DNA of 64,000 nt from Lachnospiraceae bacterium (GTDB taxonomy: Bacteria > Bacillota > Clostridia > Lachnospirales > Lachnospiraceae), in contig JAGADU010000078.1 of the NCBI GenBank assembly GCA_017613435.1, positions 1,725 to 65,724 on the forward strand, given 5' to 3'. Positions 37,017 through 46,573 of this stretch are shown here, in pieces. How positions within the stretch are numbered: the first letter of the stretch is position 1; every line of letters begins with the position of its first letter. A model generated the notes under the pieces. The model was not told where the DNA came from. It saw only the letters and a list, made by a program, of their open reading frames with translations, and did not search any database. The translations under genes and the position numbers were made by a program.

Positions 37017-38062
37017 ATCTGTCTCCCAACAATTCTTTTGATTTCATCCGCCATGCGGGAAGCACCGAGGCCGTCCGTAATACTGCCTGCGATTTCTGCC
37101 ATTCGGGCAAGTTTTTTCGGATTATGCGAAAGGTCTTTCAGGATATTCGAAACATCCTCATGGAAGTTTTCGTTTTCTCTCGCATCGCCCGCATAAATAA
37201 ACGCTCCCAATTCGTCGAATTTCTTACCGCCCTCGATCTGGTTGTCCGCCATCGAAAAGCAGATGCAGGGTCTTTTGCACGCGCAAATTTCGTATTGCGT
37301 GCTTCCTGCCGCGGAAATAACGACATCGGCGTTTTCTATCATTTCCTTCATGTTTTTTATATTTATAAAAACATTCAGATTGTTTTTCTTTTCGCTTAAA
37401 GCTTTTATCTCTTCGATATCGGGCTCCATTTTCCCGAGTATCATATTAATTTTCATATCATCGTAAAAAGTGTCATTTGAAAACTTTTTTGCAAATCCGA
37501 TTGCAAGATGAAGCGGATCCGCTCCCCCTACCGAAAGAGCTATGGTTTTAATGCCGTCAGGGCTTCTTTTTGATGTATCGACGAATTCGCTCCTTAACGG
37601 CGCAAAGGAAGGTCCGATAATCATTTCGGGACAGTCCTTCCCTTCTTTTTTGTACATATCGATATATTTATCCCTGTCGGCATATACATTGTAATTGACA
37701 AGGCAGTCAACATTATAAGCAAAATCATATACGTCATCAAGATAAACCGTTTTGATTTGTTTGTTCAACGCATCGAAATATTTTTCGGTGACGTAATAAC
37801 TGTCTATCATCAGGATTTCGGCGCTTTCTTTCGACAAAAAATCAATGAGTTCGCCGATCTCCGATTCCGTATTGTCAAATGACGTTTTAAGAAGATATGC
37901 CTTATATCCTCTTTGTTCGATCATTTCGACAGCCGTCTCTTCGGCAGTTGCAAACACGCAAAAATCACCTTTTTTCGAAAAGGCATCCGCTATTGACAGG
38001 CATCTCATAACATGTCCCTGTCCGATTGTTGAATTGGCATCCGCACGAAATGCTACAGTCAT
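37007..38062 (-). CDS. pseG: PseG/SpsG-like UDP-sugar hydrolase (GT-B fold)
   Basis: FRADANSTIGQGHVMRCLSIA, IDSY, GGADP, ISAAGSTQYE, ADNQ. Confidence 0.8.
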   Translation of the reverse strand: MTVAFRADANSTIGQGHVMRCLSIADAFSKKGDFCVFATAEETAVEMIEQRGYKAYLLKTSFDNTESEIGELIDFLSKESAEILMIDSYYVTEKYFDALNKQIKTVYLDDVYDFAYNVDCLVNYNVYADRDKYIDMYKKEGKDCPEMIIGPSFAPLRSEFVDTSKRSPDGIKTIALSVGGADPLHLAIGFAKKFSNDTFYDDMKINMILGKMEPDIEEIKALSEKKNNLNVFINIKNMKEMIENADVVISAAGSTQYEICACKRPCICFSMADNQIEGGKKFDELGAFIYAGDARENENFHEDVSNILKDLSHNPKKLARMAEIAGSITDGLGASRMADEIKRIVGRQIWR

Positions 38063-38071
38063 ATTTTCCCT

Positions 38072-40483
38072 TTACAATACATCGAGTTTGGCAAATCTCG
38101 AATCGAGGATTCTTGAGCCGTATTTGTCGAATTCTATCTTAACGTAGGTGTTTACCTTGCTTGTATCAATCTCCGTCACGACACCTTCACCGAATTTGAT
38201 GTGATTTACCCTGTCGCCGACCTTGTAATTAATATTGCTCTTTAAATCGCTTCCCTTGGTAAACATCGAAGAAGCGATGCTCTTTTTTTCCGAAGCGCTT
38301 TTGTTTTCGTTTCTGACGTTTGTCACATTGATTTTCGCCACGGCTTTTGGTTTGTCTTTTTCAAGCATATTGCAGGAAGCATAGGGCTTGCCGCCGGGAA
38401 TATTCTTTGAAGAAGTTTTGTTTCCCGACGAAGCGTTCTTTAAATATCCGCCGTAAATTCCGAAATTTCCGTATTTTGAGCGCGGTACAAACGGAATATC
38501 GTCCGCATTTCCCCTCGAAAATTTCGTATCGGAATCAAGAAGTTCGGAAGGTATTTCCCTTACGAATCTGCTTACGGGATAATTGACCCACTGCCCCCTC
38601 ATCATTCTGCTCGATGCGGCGGTCAGAGTCAAATCATCCTTGGCTCTTGTGATACCCACATATGCAAGTCTTCTTTCTTCTTCCATATCTTCCGAAGAAA
38701 GACTCATGACGGTCCTGTCTCCGGGGAATAATCCGTCTTCCATACCAACGATGTAAACATGTGAAAATTCAAGGCCTTTGGCGGAATGAAGAGTCATCAT
38801 AAGCACTCTGTCCGCCGCGGTATCCGCATTGTCTATGTCCGCAACGAGCGATACGTCGTTTAGGAATTCCTGAAGCGAGGGTCCTTTTTCGGCTTCCGGA
38901 TTGTCATTTATGTATTTTTCTTCAAAATATGCGGCTTTCGAGAAAAGTTCGTCGATATTGGCGAGTCTGTCCGCCGCGGTATCCTGATCCTCTGTCTCTT
39001 TGACGTAATCGGAATATTTTATCTTATCGATAAGTTCGCTTATAAGCTCGGGAATGTCTTCGAATTCGCATTCGTTTATTCTTTCCCTGAAAACCATGAT
39101 ATCCGAGGCAAAATTCTTCATTTTGTCGGCGGCTTTGCCGATTGAGGGTATTCTGTCCGCATGAAGCAGGGCTTCAAACAGCGAAATCTCGTTGTTTTCG
39201 GCATATGCTCTGGCTTTTGACAGGGATGTTTCGCCTATGCCTCGTTTCGGAACGTTTACGATACGCTCGACATTGAGATTGTCGCTCCCGTTTGCGATGG
39301 TTTTCAAATATGCGAGAATATCCTTGATTTCTTTTCTCGCATAGAAATTGGTACCGCCCACAATCGTATACGGAATGTTCTCTCGAAGCATGACTTCTTC
39401 AAGTTCTCTCGACTGCTGGTTGGTACGGTAGAGCACAGCTATATCGTTTCTTAAACAGTCCCTTCTTCTGACCTTGGTGTAAATGTCGTTTGCGACAAAC
39501 ATCGCTTCTTCCTTCGAAGAAGAAAACTGTCTGAAATGTATTTTGCTTCCGTCCCCTCTCGAAGACCATAGAGTCTTGTCTTTTCTTCCGACATTATGCG
39601 CTATTACTGCATTGGCGGAATTGAGAATGTTTTCGGTGGAACGGTAATTCTGTTCGAGTTTGATGACTTTTGCATCGGGATAATTCTTTTCAAAATCCAG
39701 AATATTTCTGATATTTGCGCCTCTGAAACGGTAAATCGACTGGTCGTCGTCACCTACAACGCAAAGATTCCTGTATTTGTCGGCAAGCATTTTCACAAAA
39801 GAAAACTGTACCGTGTTGGTATCCTGATACTCGTCTACAAGGATGTATCTGAATCTGTTTCTGTAATTTTCCAAAACATCGTTGTTCTTTTTAAAAAGCT
39901 CAACGGTAAGAAGGAGGAGATCGTCAAAATCGAGAGCATTGTTGTCGAAAAGAACCTTTTGATATTCTCTGTAAAGAAAAGCGGTTTTCTTCTCAAAATC
40001 CTCTCTCGCGTATTTCTCGTATTCTTCGGGAGAAACCATTTCGTTCTTGTTGGCGCTTATAACGGCCAAAAGGGCCTTGGGCGGATAATCCTTCGGATTA
40101 AGGTTATGTTTCTTTAAAAGATCGTTCATAACCTTCTTGGAATCGTCCGTGTCGTAAATGGTAAAATCCGTATTGTATCCGAGCAGATCTATATGACGTC
40201 TTAATATTCTCGCACAGGTCGAATGAAACGTCGAAACCCAGACCGAATCGGCGCCGAATCCAACAATGTCATCGACTCTCTTTCGCATTTCTTCCGCAGC
40301 TTTGTTTGTAAACGTAATCGCAAGGATATTGTAGGGCGAAATACCCATGTCAATCATATGTGCGATTCTGTAAGTAATTACTCTCGTCTTCCCCGAACCC
40401 GCTCCGGCAAGTATCAAAAGCGGTCCCTCAGTATGCATTACGGCTTCATACTGTTCGGGATTCAAAAATCTTTCCAAATCCAT
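38072..40483 (-). CDS. pcrA: ATP-dependent DNA helicase PcrA/UvrD
   Basis: LAGAGSGKT, VDEYQD, GDDDQSIYRFRGA, EQNYRST, HSAKGLEF, EEERRLAYVGITRA. Confidence 0.96.
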   Translation of the reverse strand: MDLERFLNPEQYEAVMHTEGPLLILAGAGSGKTRVITYRIAHMIDMGISPYNILAITFTNKAAEEMRKRVDDIVGFGADSVWVSTFHSTCARILRRHIDLLGYNTDFTIYDTDDSKKVMNDLLKKHNLNPKDYPPKALLAVISANKNEMVSPEEYEKYAREDFEKKTAFLYREYQKVLFDNNALDFDDLLLLTVELFKKNNDVLENYRNRFRYILVDEYQDTNTVQFSFVKMLADKYRNLCVVGDDDQSIYRFRGANIRNILDFEKNYPDAKVIKLEQNYRSTENILNSANAVIAHNVGRKDKTLWSSRGDGSKIHFRQFSSSKEEAMFVANDIYTKVRRRDCLRNDIAVLYRTNQQSRELEEVMLRENIPYTIVGGTNFYARKEIKDILAYLKTIANGSDNLNVERIVNVPKRGIGETSLSKARAYAENNEISLFEALLHADRIPSIGKAADKMKNFASDIMVFRERINECEFEDIPELISELIDKIKYSDYVKETEDQDTAADRLANIDELFSKAAYFEEKYINDNPEAEKGPSLQEFLNDVSLVADIDNADTAADRVLMMTLHSAKGLEFSHVYIVGMEDGLFPGDRTVMSLSSEDMEEERRLAYVGITRAKDDLTLTAASSRMMRGQWVNYPVSRFVREIPSELLDSDTKFSRGNADDIPFVPRSKYGNFGIYGGYLKNASSGNKTSSKNIPGGKPYASCNMLEKDKPKAVAKINVTNVRNENKSASEKKSIASSMFTKGSDLKSNINYKVGDRVNHIKFGEGVVTEIDTSKVNTYVKIEFDKYGSRILDSRFAKLDVL

Positions 40484-40584
40484 ATATATCTCCGAAACTC
40501 ATCCGCATGAGTAAATTTTGTATAATTTATTTTGGTTTTCTCAAAAACCATACTTTAATATCATACCATAAAAAAGGGCAAAAT

Positions 40585-40609
40585 AAAAACGGAACCTTGG
40601 TTCCGTTTT
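40585..40609 (-). terminator. Intrinsic terminator of ior/paaK operon
   Basis: AAAACGGAACC-TT-GGTTCCGTTTT. Confidence 0.7.
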
Positions 40610-40628
40610 CATTATTTATGCGATTTTT

Positions 40629-41057
40629 TTACATTGCGTATGCCGTTTCGGGATCAACGAGCGTAAGGTTGGCTTTCTTTACCGCTTCGTATCCTTTGTC
40701 GATATCGGAGCATTTGATAATCATCGAGCCTGCTTCGCGGCTTGAATTCAAGGTATACATATATTCGATATTTATGCCTTCTTCGGTAATTATCTTTGTA
40801 AGGCGGTTAAGCGAACCCGCTTTTTGTTCCATGCTGATTGCAAGAACATCGGTAAGTCTTGCGAGGCATCCCGCTTCCTTTAATACAGCTTTTGCCTTTT
40901 CCGGATCGGAAACTATCATTCTGATAACTCCGTATTCGCTTGTATCGGCAAGTGACAGACATACAATATTGATATTGTTTTTGGCAAGAACATCCGTCAC
41001 ATTGTCAAGTCTTCCTTCTCTGTTTTCAAGAAATACCGTCAACTGTTTTAAATACAT
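40629..41057 (-). CDS. Tandem ACT-domain protein
   Basis: KQLTVFLENREGRL, LSLADTSEYGVIR, INIEYMY. Confidence 0.88.
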   Translation of the reverse strand: MYLKQLTVFLENREGRLDNVTDVLAKNNINIVCLSLADTSEYGVIRMIVSDPEKAKAVLKEAGCLARLTDVLAISMEQKAGSLNRLTKIITEEGINIEYMYTLNSSREAGSMIIKCSDIDKGYEAVKKANLTLVDPETAYAM

Positions 41058-41068
41058 ACTGCCACCCC

Positions 41069-42385
41069 CTAATCTTCAAATGTACGTTTATCGATAACAC
41101 GCTTTGATTTGCCTTCGAAACGGTCAAGCGTTCTGGGCTCAACGAGCTTAACCTTAACCGCAATAAGAAGTGCGCTCTGCAAAGCTGCGGAAATCTTCTT
41201 GGTGAGATTTTCCATTTCTCTGATTTCATCGGAGAATACGTTCTCGTCAACTTCAACCTGAACTTCGAGAGTATCGAGATTGTTGACTCTGTCCACTATC
41301 ATCTGGTAGTGAGGAGATACGCCTTCGATTTCAAGAAGTGCCGTTTCAACCTGCGAAGGGAATACATTTACGCCGCGGATGATAAGCATATCGTCGCTTC
41401 TGCCCTTGAATTTGGAAATTCTGGGAGTCGTACGTCCGCATTCGCACTTCGAATGGTCGATACTTGTAAGGTCTTTCGTACGATAACGAAGAAGGGGCAT
41501 GCCTTCCTTTGTGAGTGTTGTAAATACAAGTTCTCCGACCTGACCGTCTCCCAAAGGATTGAGAGTTTCCTTGTCGACGATTTCGGCAAAGAAATGGTCT
41601 TCCTGAATATGAAGTCCTTTGTGGAATGAACAGTCGCATGCGACACCGGGGCCGCATACTTCGCTCAAACCGTAAATATCGTGTGCGTTGATTCCGAGTT
41701 TTTCTTCAATCTGCAGTCGCATTTTTTCCGTCCAGGGCTCTGCGCCGCAAATAGCCGTCTTTAATTTGAGTTTGTCTCTAAGACCCATCTCTTCGATCAC
41801 TTCGGCGATGTGAAGAAGATATGAAGGTGTACATGCGATTGCAGTTGCACCGAAGTCTTCCATCATCGTTACGAGTCTTTTGGTGTTTCCGGTAGACATG
41901 GGAACGGTCATACAGCCTAAATTCTCGGCACCGTAGTGAAGTCCGAGACCGCCCGTGAACAAACCGTATCCGTATGCAACCTGAATCAAATCGTCCTTGG
42001 TCACGCCGCACATTACAAGATCTCTTGCAACGCATTCCTGCCATGCTTCGATATCTCTTCTTGTGTAGGAAACAACCGTAGCTTTGCCCGTTGTACCGCT
42101 CGAAGCATGTACGCGGACTATCTGCGACTGGGGAACTGCCAAAAGACCGAAAGGATAATTGTCTCTCAAATCGTTCTTTGTGGTAAAAGGAAGTTTGGTA
42201 ATATCTTCGATTCCTTTGATATCACCGGGTTCAAGTCCCATCTCCTGCATTTTTTTACGATAAAATTCAACGTTGTGATAAACGTTGGAGACGAGTTTTC
42301 TTAATCTTGCACCCTGCATGTTGGCCATCTCGTCGCGGCTCATGCATTCTCTTGCTTCATTCCAAATCATACCAGGTAACCTCAT
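41069..42385 (-). CDS. paaK: Phenylacetate--CoA ligase family protein
   Basis: HASSGTTGK, YGLFTGGLG, DIYGLSE, GRSDDMLIIRGVNVFP. Confidence 0.9.
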   Translation of the reverse strand: MRLPGMIWNEARECMSRDEMANMQGARLRKLVSNVYHNVEFYRKKMQEMGLEPGDIKGIEDITKLPFTTKNDLRDNYPFGLLAVPQSQIVRVHASSGTTGKATVVSYTRRDIEAWQECVARDLVMCGVTKDDLIQVAYGYGLFTGGLGLHYGAENLGCMTVPMSTGNTKRLVTMMEDFGATAIACTPSYLLHIAEVIEEMGLRDKLKLKTAICGAEPWTEKMRLQIEEKLGINAHDIYGLSEVCGPGVACDCSFHKGLHIQEDHFFAEIVDKETLNPLGDGQVGELVFTTLTKEGMPLLRYRTKDLTSIDHSKCECGRTTPRISKFKGRSDDMLIIRGVNVFPSQVETALLEIEGVSPHYQMIVDRVNNLDTLEVQVEVDENVFSDEIREMENLTKKISAALQSALLIAVKVKLVEPRTLDRFEGKSKRVIDKRTFED

Positions 42386-42471
42386 TTTTCTTGGAAATAA
42401 AATGTTTACGTGTTCTTTATAAGCGCCCTAAACTTACAAAAATACAAAAATCTTCCTGAAACCCTAAATTA

Positions 42472-43041
42472 TTACAGATTGTAGCCTGCTTCAAAAGCGG
42501 CTTTGTTGATATCGACCGTCTTTGCGGGAACCGTTTTTTCGATAACCTTAATCCAGTCTTCCTTGGCAAAATCCATATGCTTTGCCGCAATTCCGACGAT
42601 AATCGTATTAAATACCCTCGCATTGCCTATTTTCTTGGCTTCGGCCATTGCATCTATATCGATTACTTTGTATTTCGCCTTAAGATTTTCGATGATATTT
42701 TCGGGATATTCCGCTGCACCCGTCAAAACGGTCATCGGATCTATTCTTTGGTCGTTAACGATCAAAACGCCGTCCTTTTTCAGGAAATGAGCATATCTTA
42801 AAGCTTCAAGTCTCTCGAATGCGATAAGAACATCCGCACATCCTTCTTCGACGATGGGTTCGAAAACCTTTTCGCCGTAACGCACGAAAGTAACAACGCT
42901 TCCGCCTCTTTGAGCCATACCGTGAACTTCGGAAAGCTTTACGTCATATCCTGCTTCGGTTATCACGCCGCCTAAAATTCTGCTTGTAAGCAAAGTACCC
43001 TGACCGCCTACACCAACTATCATAATACTCTTTGTTTCCAT
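42472..43041 (-). CDS. iorB: Indolepyruvate:ferredoxin oxidoreductase beta subunit
   Basis: GVGGQG, SEVHGMAQRGGSV. Confidence 0.92.
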   Translation of the reverse strand: METKSIMIVGVGGQGTLLTSRILGGVITEAGYDVKLSEVHGMAQRGGSVVTFVRYGEKVFEPIVEEGCADVLIAFERLEALRYAHFLKKDGVLIVNDQRIDPMTVLTGAAEYPENIIENLKAKYKVIDIDAMAEAKKIGNARVFNTIIVGIAAKHMDFAKEDWIKVIEKTVPAKTVDINKAAFEAGYNL

Positions 43042-43043
43042 GC

Positions 43044-44780
43044 TTACACCTCTCTTGTCTCGATTGCACCGAATTTACATCTTGATGCGCAAAGTCCGCA
43101 GCCGTTGCACATTGTATCGTCGATCGATATCGTGCCGTCCGCATTCTTTCTCATTGCGGGACATCCGGGCTTTAAGCATGCGCCGCATTTCTTGCATTTA
43201 TCGGGAATCGCATAACATTTTTTATGAGATATGTTGGTTTTGAGCAAAGCGCAGGGTGCCTGGGAAATAATAACGGACACTGCGTCTCTTGCAACTTCTT
43301 CCTTGATTACGGCTTTGAGTTTTTCGGTATCGAAAGCGTTTACAACCGTAACATGTTCAACGCCGAGAGCATGGCAGAGGTCAATCAAATCAACCGCATA
43401 TGTTGCTTCTCCGCTTAATGTCTTTCCCGTTGCGGCATGATCCTGATGACCGGTCATTCCTGTGGTTGAGTTGTCAACTATGATAACCGTACCCGTCGCC
43501 TTGTTGTATACCATGTTAAGAAGCGAGTTGATACCGGTATGAAGGAATGTGGAATCTCCTATAACCGCAACCCAGTTCTTGATGTAATCTTTTCCTTTTG
43601 CCTTTTCCATACCGTGAAGCGTGGAAATGGATGAACCCATGCAGACCGTCGTGTCGATTACGTTTAAGGGTGCAACAGCGCCTAAAGTATAACATCCGAT
43701 ATCTCCGGCAGCATGAAGTTTAAGTTCGTTTAAAACGGTAAATGTGCTTCTGTGAGGGCAACCCGGACAAAGAATCGGAGGTCTTGCGGGAACTTTTGCG
43801 CTCTCCTCGATTTCAACCTCTTCGTTAAGGATTGCTTTTTTAAGCATATTTGCCGAATATTCGCCCTGAATCGTAAGGATGTCTTTGCCGTGGCATTTGA
43901 TGCCCCAGGATTTAACCTGCTCTTCGATAAGGGGCTCGAGTTCTTCTATTACATAAAGCGTATCCACTTTGGATGCGAATTCTTCGATTAATTTTTTGGG
44001 AAGGGGATGAACCAGTCCAAGTTTAAGAACGCTTGCTTCGGGAAGAGCTTCTTTTACGTACTGATAAGGGATACCGGATGTGATTACGCCGATCTTGGTA
44101 TCGTTCATCTCAACCTTGTTGATGGGAAGAGTACATGCATCTGCTGCCATATCTTTTAAACGTTTTTCGACGAATACATGTCTTCCTTTTGCCATTGCGG
44201 GCATCATAACGTTCTTGGGAACGCTTCTTTCATAAGGCTTGTCCTCAACCTCGACTCTGTCGCAAAGTTCGACAACGCCCTGGCTGTGCGCAAGACGCGT
44301 GGTTGTTCTTAACATTATGGGACAGTCGTATTTTTCGGAAAGTTCGAAAGCGATTTTGGTGAAGTCTTTTGCTTCGGCGGAATCCGAAGGCTCAAGAACC
44401 GGAATTTGTGCCACTCTTGCGACACATCTCGAATCCTGTTCGTTCTGTGATGAATAAAGACCGGGATCGTCGGCAGCAACAAGTACGAGACCGCCGTTGA
44501 CTCCGATATAGGAAACCGTGTAAAGAGGGTCGGATGCTACGTTTACACCAACCATTTTCATTGAGCAAAGTGCTCTTACGCCGCTCATGGAAGCACCGAT
44601 TGCAACTTCCATCGCCACCTTCTCGTTGGGTGACCACTCAGCGTATATTTCAGGATATTTGACTATGTTTTCGCTTATTTCGGTACTGGGTGTGCCGGGA
44701 TAAGCGGAAGACACTTTTACGCCTGCTTCATATGCACCGCGGGCTATAGCCTCATTTCCGAGCATAATCTTTTTTTCCAT
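43044..44780 (-). CDS. iorA: Indolepyruvate:ferredoxin oxidoreductase alpha subunit
   Basis: GNEAIARG, YPGTPSTE, LCPGCPH, GDIGCY, GDSTF, C-terminal ferredoxin Cys motifs. Confidence 0.94.
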   Translation of the reverse strand: MEKKIMLGNEAIARGAYEAGVKVSSAYPGTPSTEISENIVKYPEIYAEWSPNEKVAMEVAIGASMSGVRALCSMKMVGVNVASDPLYTVSYIGVNGGLVLVAADDPGLYSSQNEQDSRCVARVAQIPVLEPSDSAEAKDFTKIAFELSEKYDCPIMLRTTTRLAHSQGVVELCDRVEVEDKPYERSVPKNVMMPAMAKGRHVFVEKRLKDMAADACTLPINKVEMNDTKIGVITSGIPYQYVKEALPEASVLKLGLVHPLPKKLIEEFASKVDTLYVIEELEPLIEEQVKSWGIKCHGKDILTIQGEYSANMLKKAILNEEVEIEESAKVPARPPILCPGCPHRSTFTVLNELKLHAAGDIGCYTLGAVAPLNVIDTTVCMGSSISTLHGMEKAKGKDYIKNWVAVIGDSTFLHTGINSLLNMVYNKATGTVIIVDNSTTGMTGHQDHAATGKTLSGEATYAVDLIDLCHALGVEHVTVVNAFDTEKLKAVIKEEVARDAVSVIISQAPCALLKTNISHKKCYAIPDKCKKCGACLKPGCPAMRKNADGTISIDDTMCNGCGLCASRCKFGAIETREV

Positions 44781-44860
44781 TTATAAATCCTCCGTAATTT
44801 GCCGTACTAAATAAGTATTATATACTTTTTTGCCGACCAATTCAATTTATTTATAGACAA

Positions 44861-44898
44861 AAAGAATGCCAAACAACGATAATTGTCTGGCATTTTTT
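44861..44898 (-). terminator. Terminator downstream of rnpB
   Basis: AATGCCA...TGGCATT hairpin flanked by A/T runs. Confidence 0.55.
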
Positions 44899-44910
44899 CT
44901 TTATCGATCC

Positions 44911-45239
44911 GAGTGAAACTGTAAGCCGGGTTCTGTCTTGGACGATCATCTGTCTAGAATCCGTGTTGCCACGAATTTCAAGCAACCTACCTGAGCCAAG
45001 CCGGGCAAGCTTATAGGCTACGTTTGGTCTTGCTTCGGATGGGGTTTACACAGCCTTATCCGTTACCGGATAAGCGGTGGTCTCTTACACCGCCTTTTCA
45101 CCCTTACCGCTTGCGCGGCGGTTGTTTTCTGTTGCACTTTCCTGAGAGTCACCTCTACCGGACGTTATCCGGCATCCTGCCCTGTGAAGCCCGGACTTTC
45201 CTCACCTCCGAATCGGAGCCGCGATCGCCCGTTTCACTC
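44911..45239 (-). ncRNA. rnpB: RNase P RNA (class A)
   Basis: Minus strand has GAGGAAAGTCCGGGCT, AGTGCAACAGAAA and ACAGAACCCGGCTTAC; terminal P1 helix GAGTGAAAC/GTTTCACTC. Confidence 0.96.
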
Positions 45240-45247
45240 AGATTTAA

Positions 45248-45276
45248 ATTATAATAAGATTCTTTGAAAAAATCAA
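45248..45276 (-). promoter_or_regulatory. sigma-A promoter of rnpB
   Basis: TTGATT-N17-TATAAT just upstream of the RNA 5' end. Confidence 0.7.
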
Positions 45277-45381
45277 ATAAAGCCCCGTTTTATACAAAAA
45301 TTTTGTGTTTTGCCCCTCAATATTGTATAATGGTTTTTGTTTGAAGAAACTCTTTTTTCAGAATTTGCGGAGACATTTCAG

Positions 45382-46557
45382 ATGATGACTTTTGAGAAAA
45401 AAATTGCGGAATTTTTCGAAAAGAACGTTCTTACGATCGCTTTTGCGACGGGGCTTATCGTTTCTTTGTTAATAAGGCTTTCGGCTTATTCTTTTATAAG
45501 TTCGGATATGAGCGGTTTTTTGATCGGATGGTTCGGTCAGATCGAACAGCTCGGCCGCTTTAAGGCTTTAAGCGTGCAGGTCGGCAATTACAGCGTCGCA
45601 TACCAGACCCTTATAGCTTTAATGACCTATATTCCGGTCGATCCTGTTTATCAGTACAAAACTCTTTCGGTTATCTTCGATTATTCTTTGGCCCTCGGAG
45701 TTTACTTCCTTGTTTTTGAACTCAAAAATCACGACAGAAAGATTGCGCTTCTTTCTTTTCTTGCCGTTGTTTTTTCTCCGCTCGTATTTATGAATTCATC
45801 TCTTTGGGGACAGTGCGATTCGATTTACACATCCTTCATCGTCTGGTCTCTTTACTTTTTCATTAAAAAGAAATATCCCGTATCCTTTATCCTTTACGGT
45901 CTCGCATGCGCTTTCAAACTTCAGGCGGTGTTCTTTCTGCCCTTCCTTTTGTTCTCGTATGTCAGAAAAAAGGATTTCTCGATTTTCAATTTCCTTTTGA
46001 TTCCCTTTGTAATGGAATTCGTCTGCATTCCCGCAATGTGTGTCGGAAGGGGATTCAAAGCCGCTTTCAGCGTATATTATTATCAGACCGGTTCCTGCGA
46101 CAAAATGTATTTTTCATACCCTTCGTTCTGGGCACTTTTCTCGGATTTAAAAGACATTTCCCTAAGCAGGGATTTCATAGACGGAATGAAAATCGCGGCG
46201 GTTCTTCTTACGTTTTCAATCATCATGATTTTAATGTGCGTCATGTTTTTAAAGAAATTTACCGTAAACGAAAAGAACGCGCTTTATATCGCATTTATCC
46301 TTGTATACACATGCGTCCTCTTCCTTCCCGGAATGCATGAAAGATACGGTTTCGTATATGAAATACTCGCAATTGCGATTGCGTTTTTGATTCCGAAAAC
46401 CGTATGGGCCCTTGTTGCAATCTCATCGCTTACATGCATAACTTACGGCATTTCGCTTTTCGGAAACATGAATGTTACGCCTTTAATGTCGATAATCAAT
46501 ATCATTGCATATATTTACTATATTGTCGTTTTGTATAAATCATCCGAAAAAGAATGA
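45382..46557 (+). CDS. Polytopic GT-C-type glycosyltransferase (mannosyltransferase-like)
   Basis: SSDM, VGNY, NSSLWGQCDSIY, FKLQAVF, FLPGMHERY; many TM segments. Confidence 0.75.
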   Translation: MMTFEKKIAEFFEKNVLTIAFATGLIVSLLIRLSAYSFISSDMSGFLIGWFGQIEQLGRFKALSVQVGNYSVAYQTLIALMTYIPVDPVYQYKTLSVIFDYSLALGVYFLVFELKNHDRKIALLSFLAVVFSPLVFMNSSLWGQCDSIYTSFIVWSLYFFIKKKYPVSFILYGLACAFKLQAVFFLPFLLFSYVRKKDFSIFNFLLIPFVMEFVCIPAMCVGRGFKAAFSVYYYQTGSCDKMYFSYPSFWALFSDLKDISLSRDFIDGMKIAAVLLTFSIIMILMCVMFLKKFTVNEKNALYIAFILVYTCVLFLPGMHERYGFVYEILAIAIAFLIPKTVWALVAISSLTCITYGISLFGNMNVTPLMSIINIIAYIYYIVVLYKSSEKE

Positions 46558-46573
46558 TTTAATCGAGGTACAT

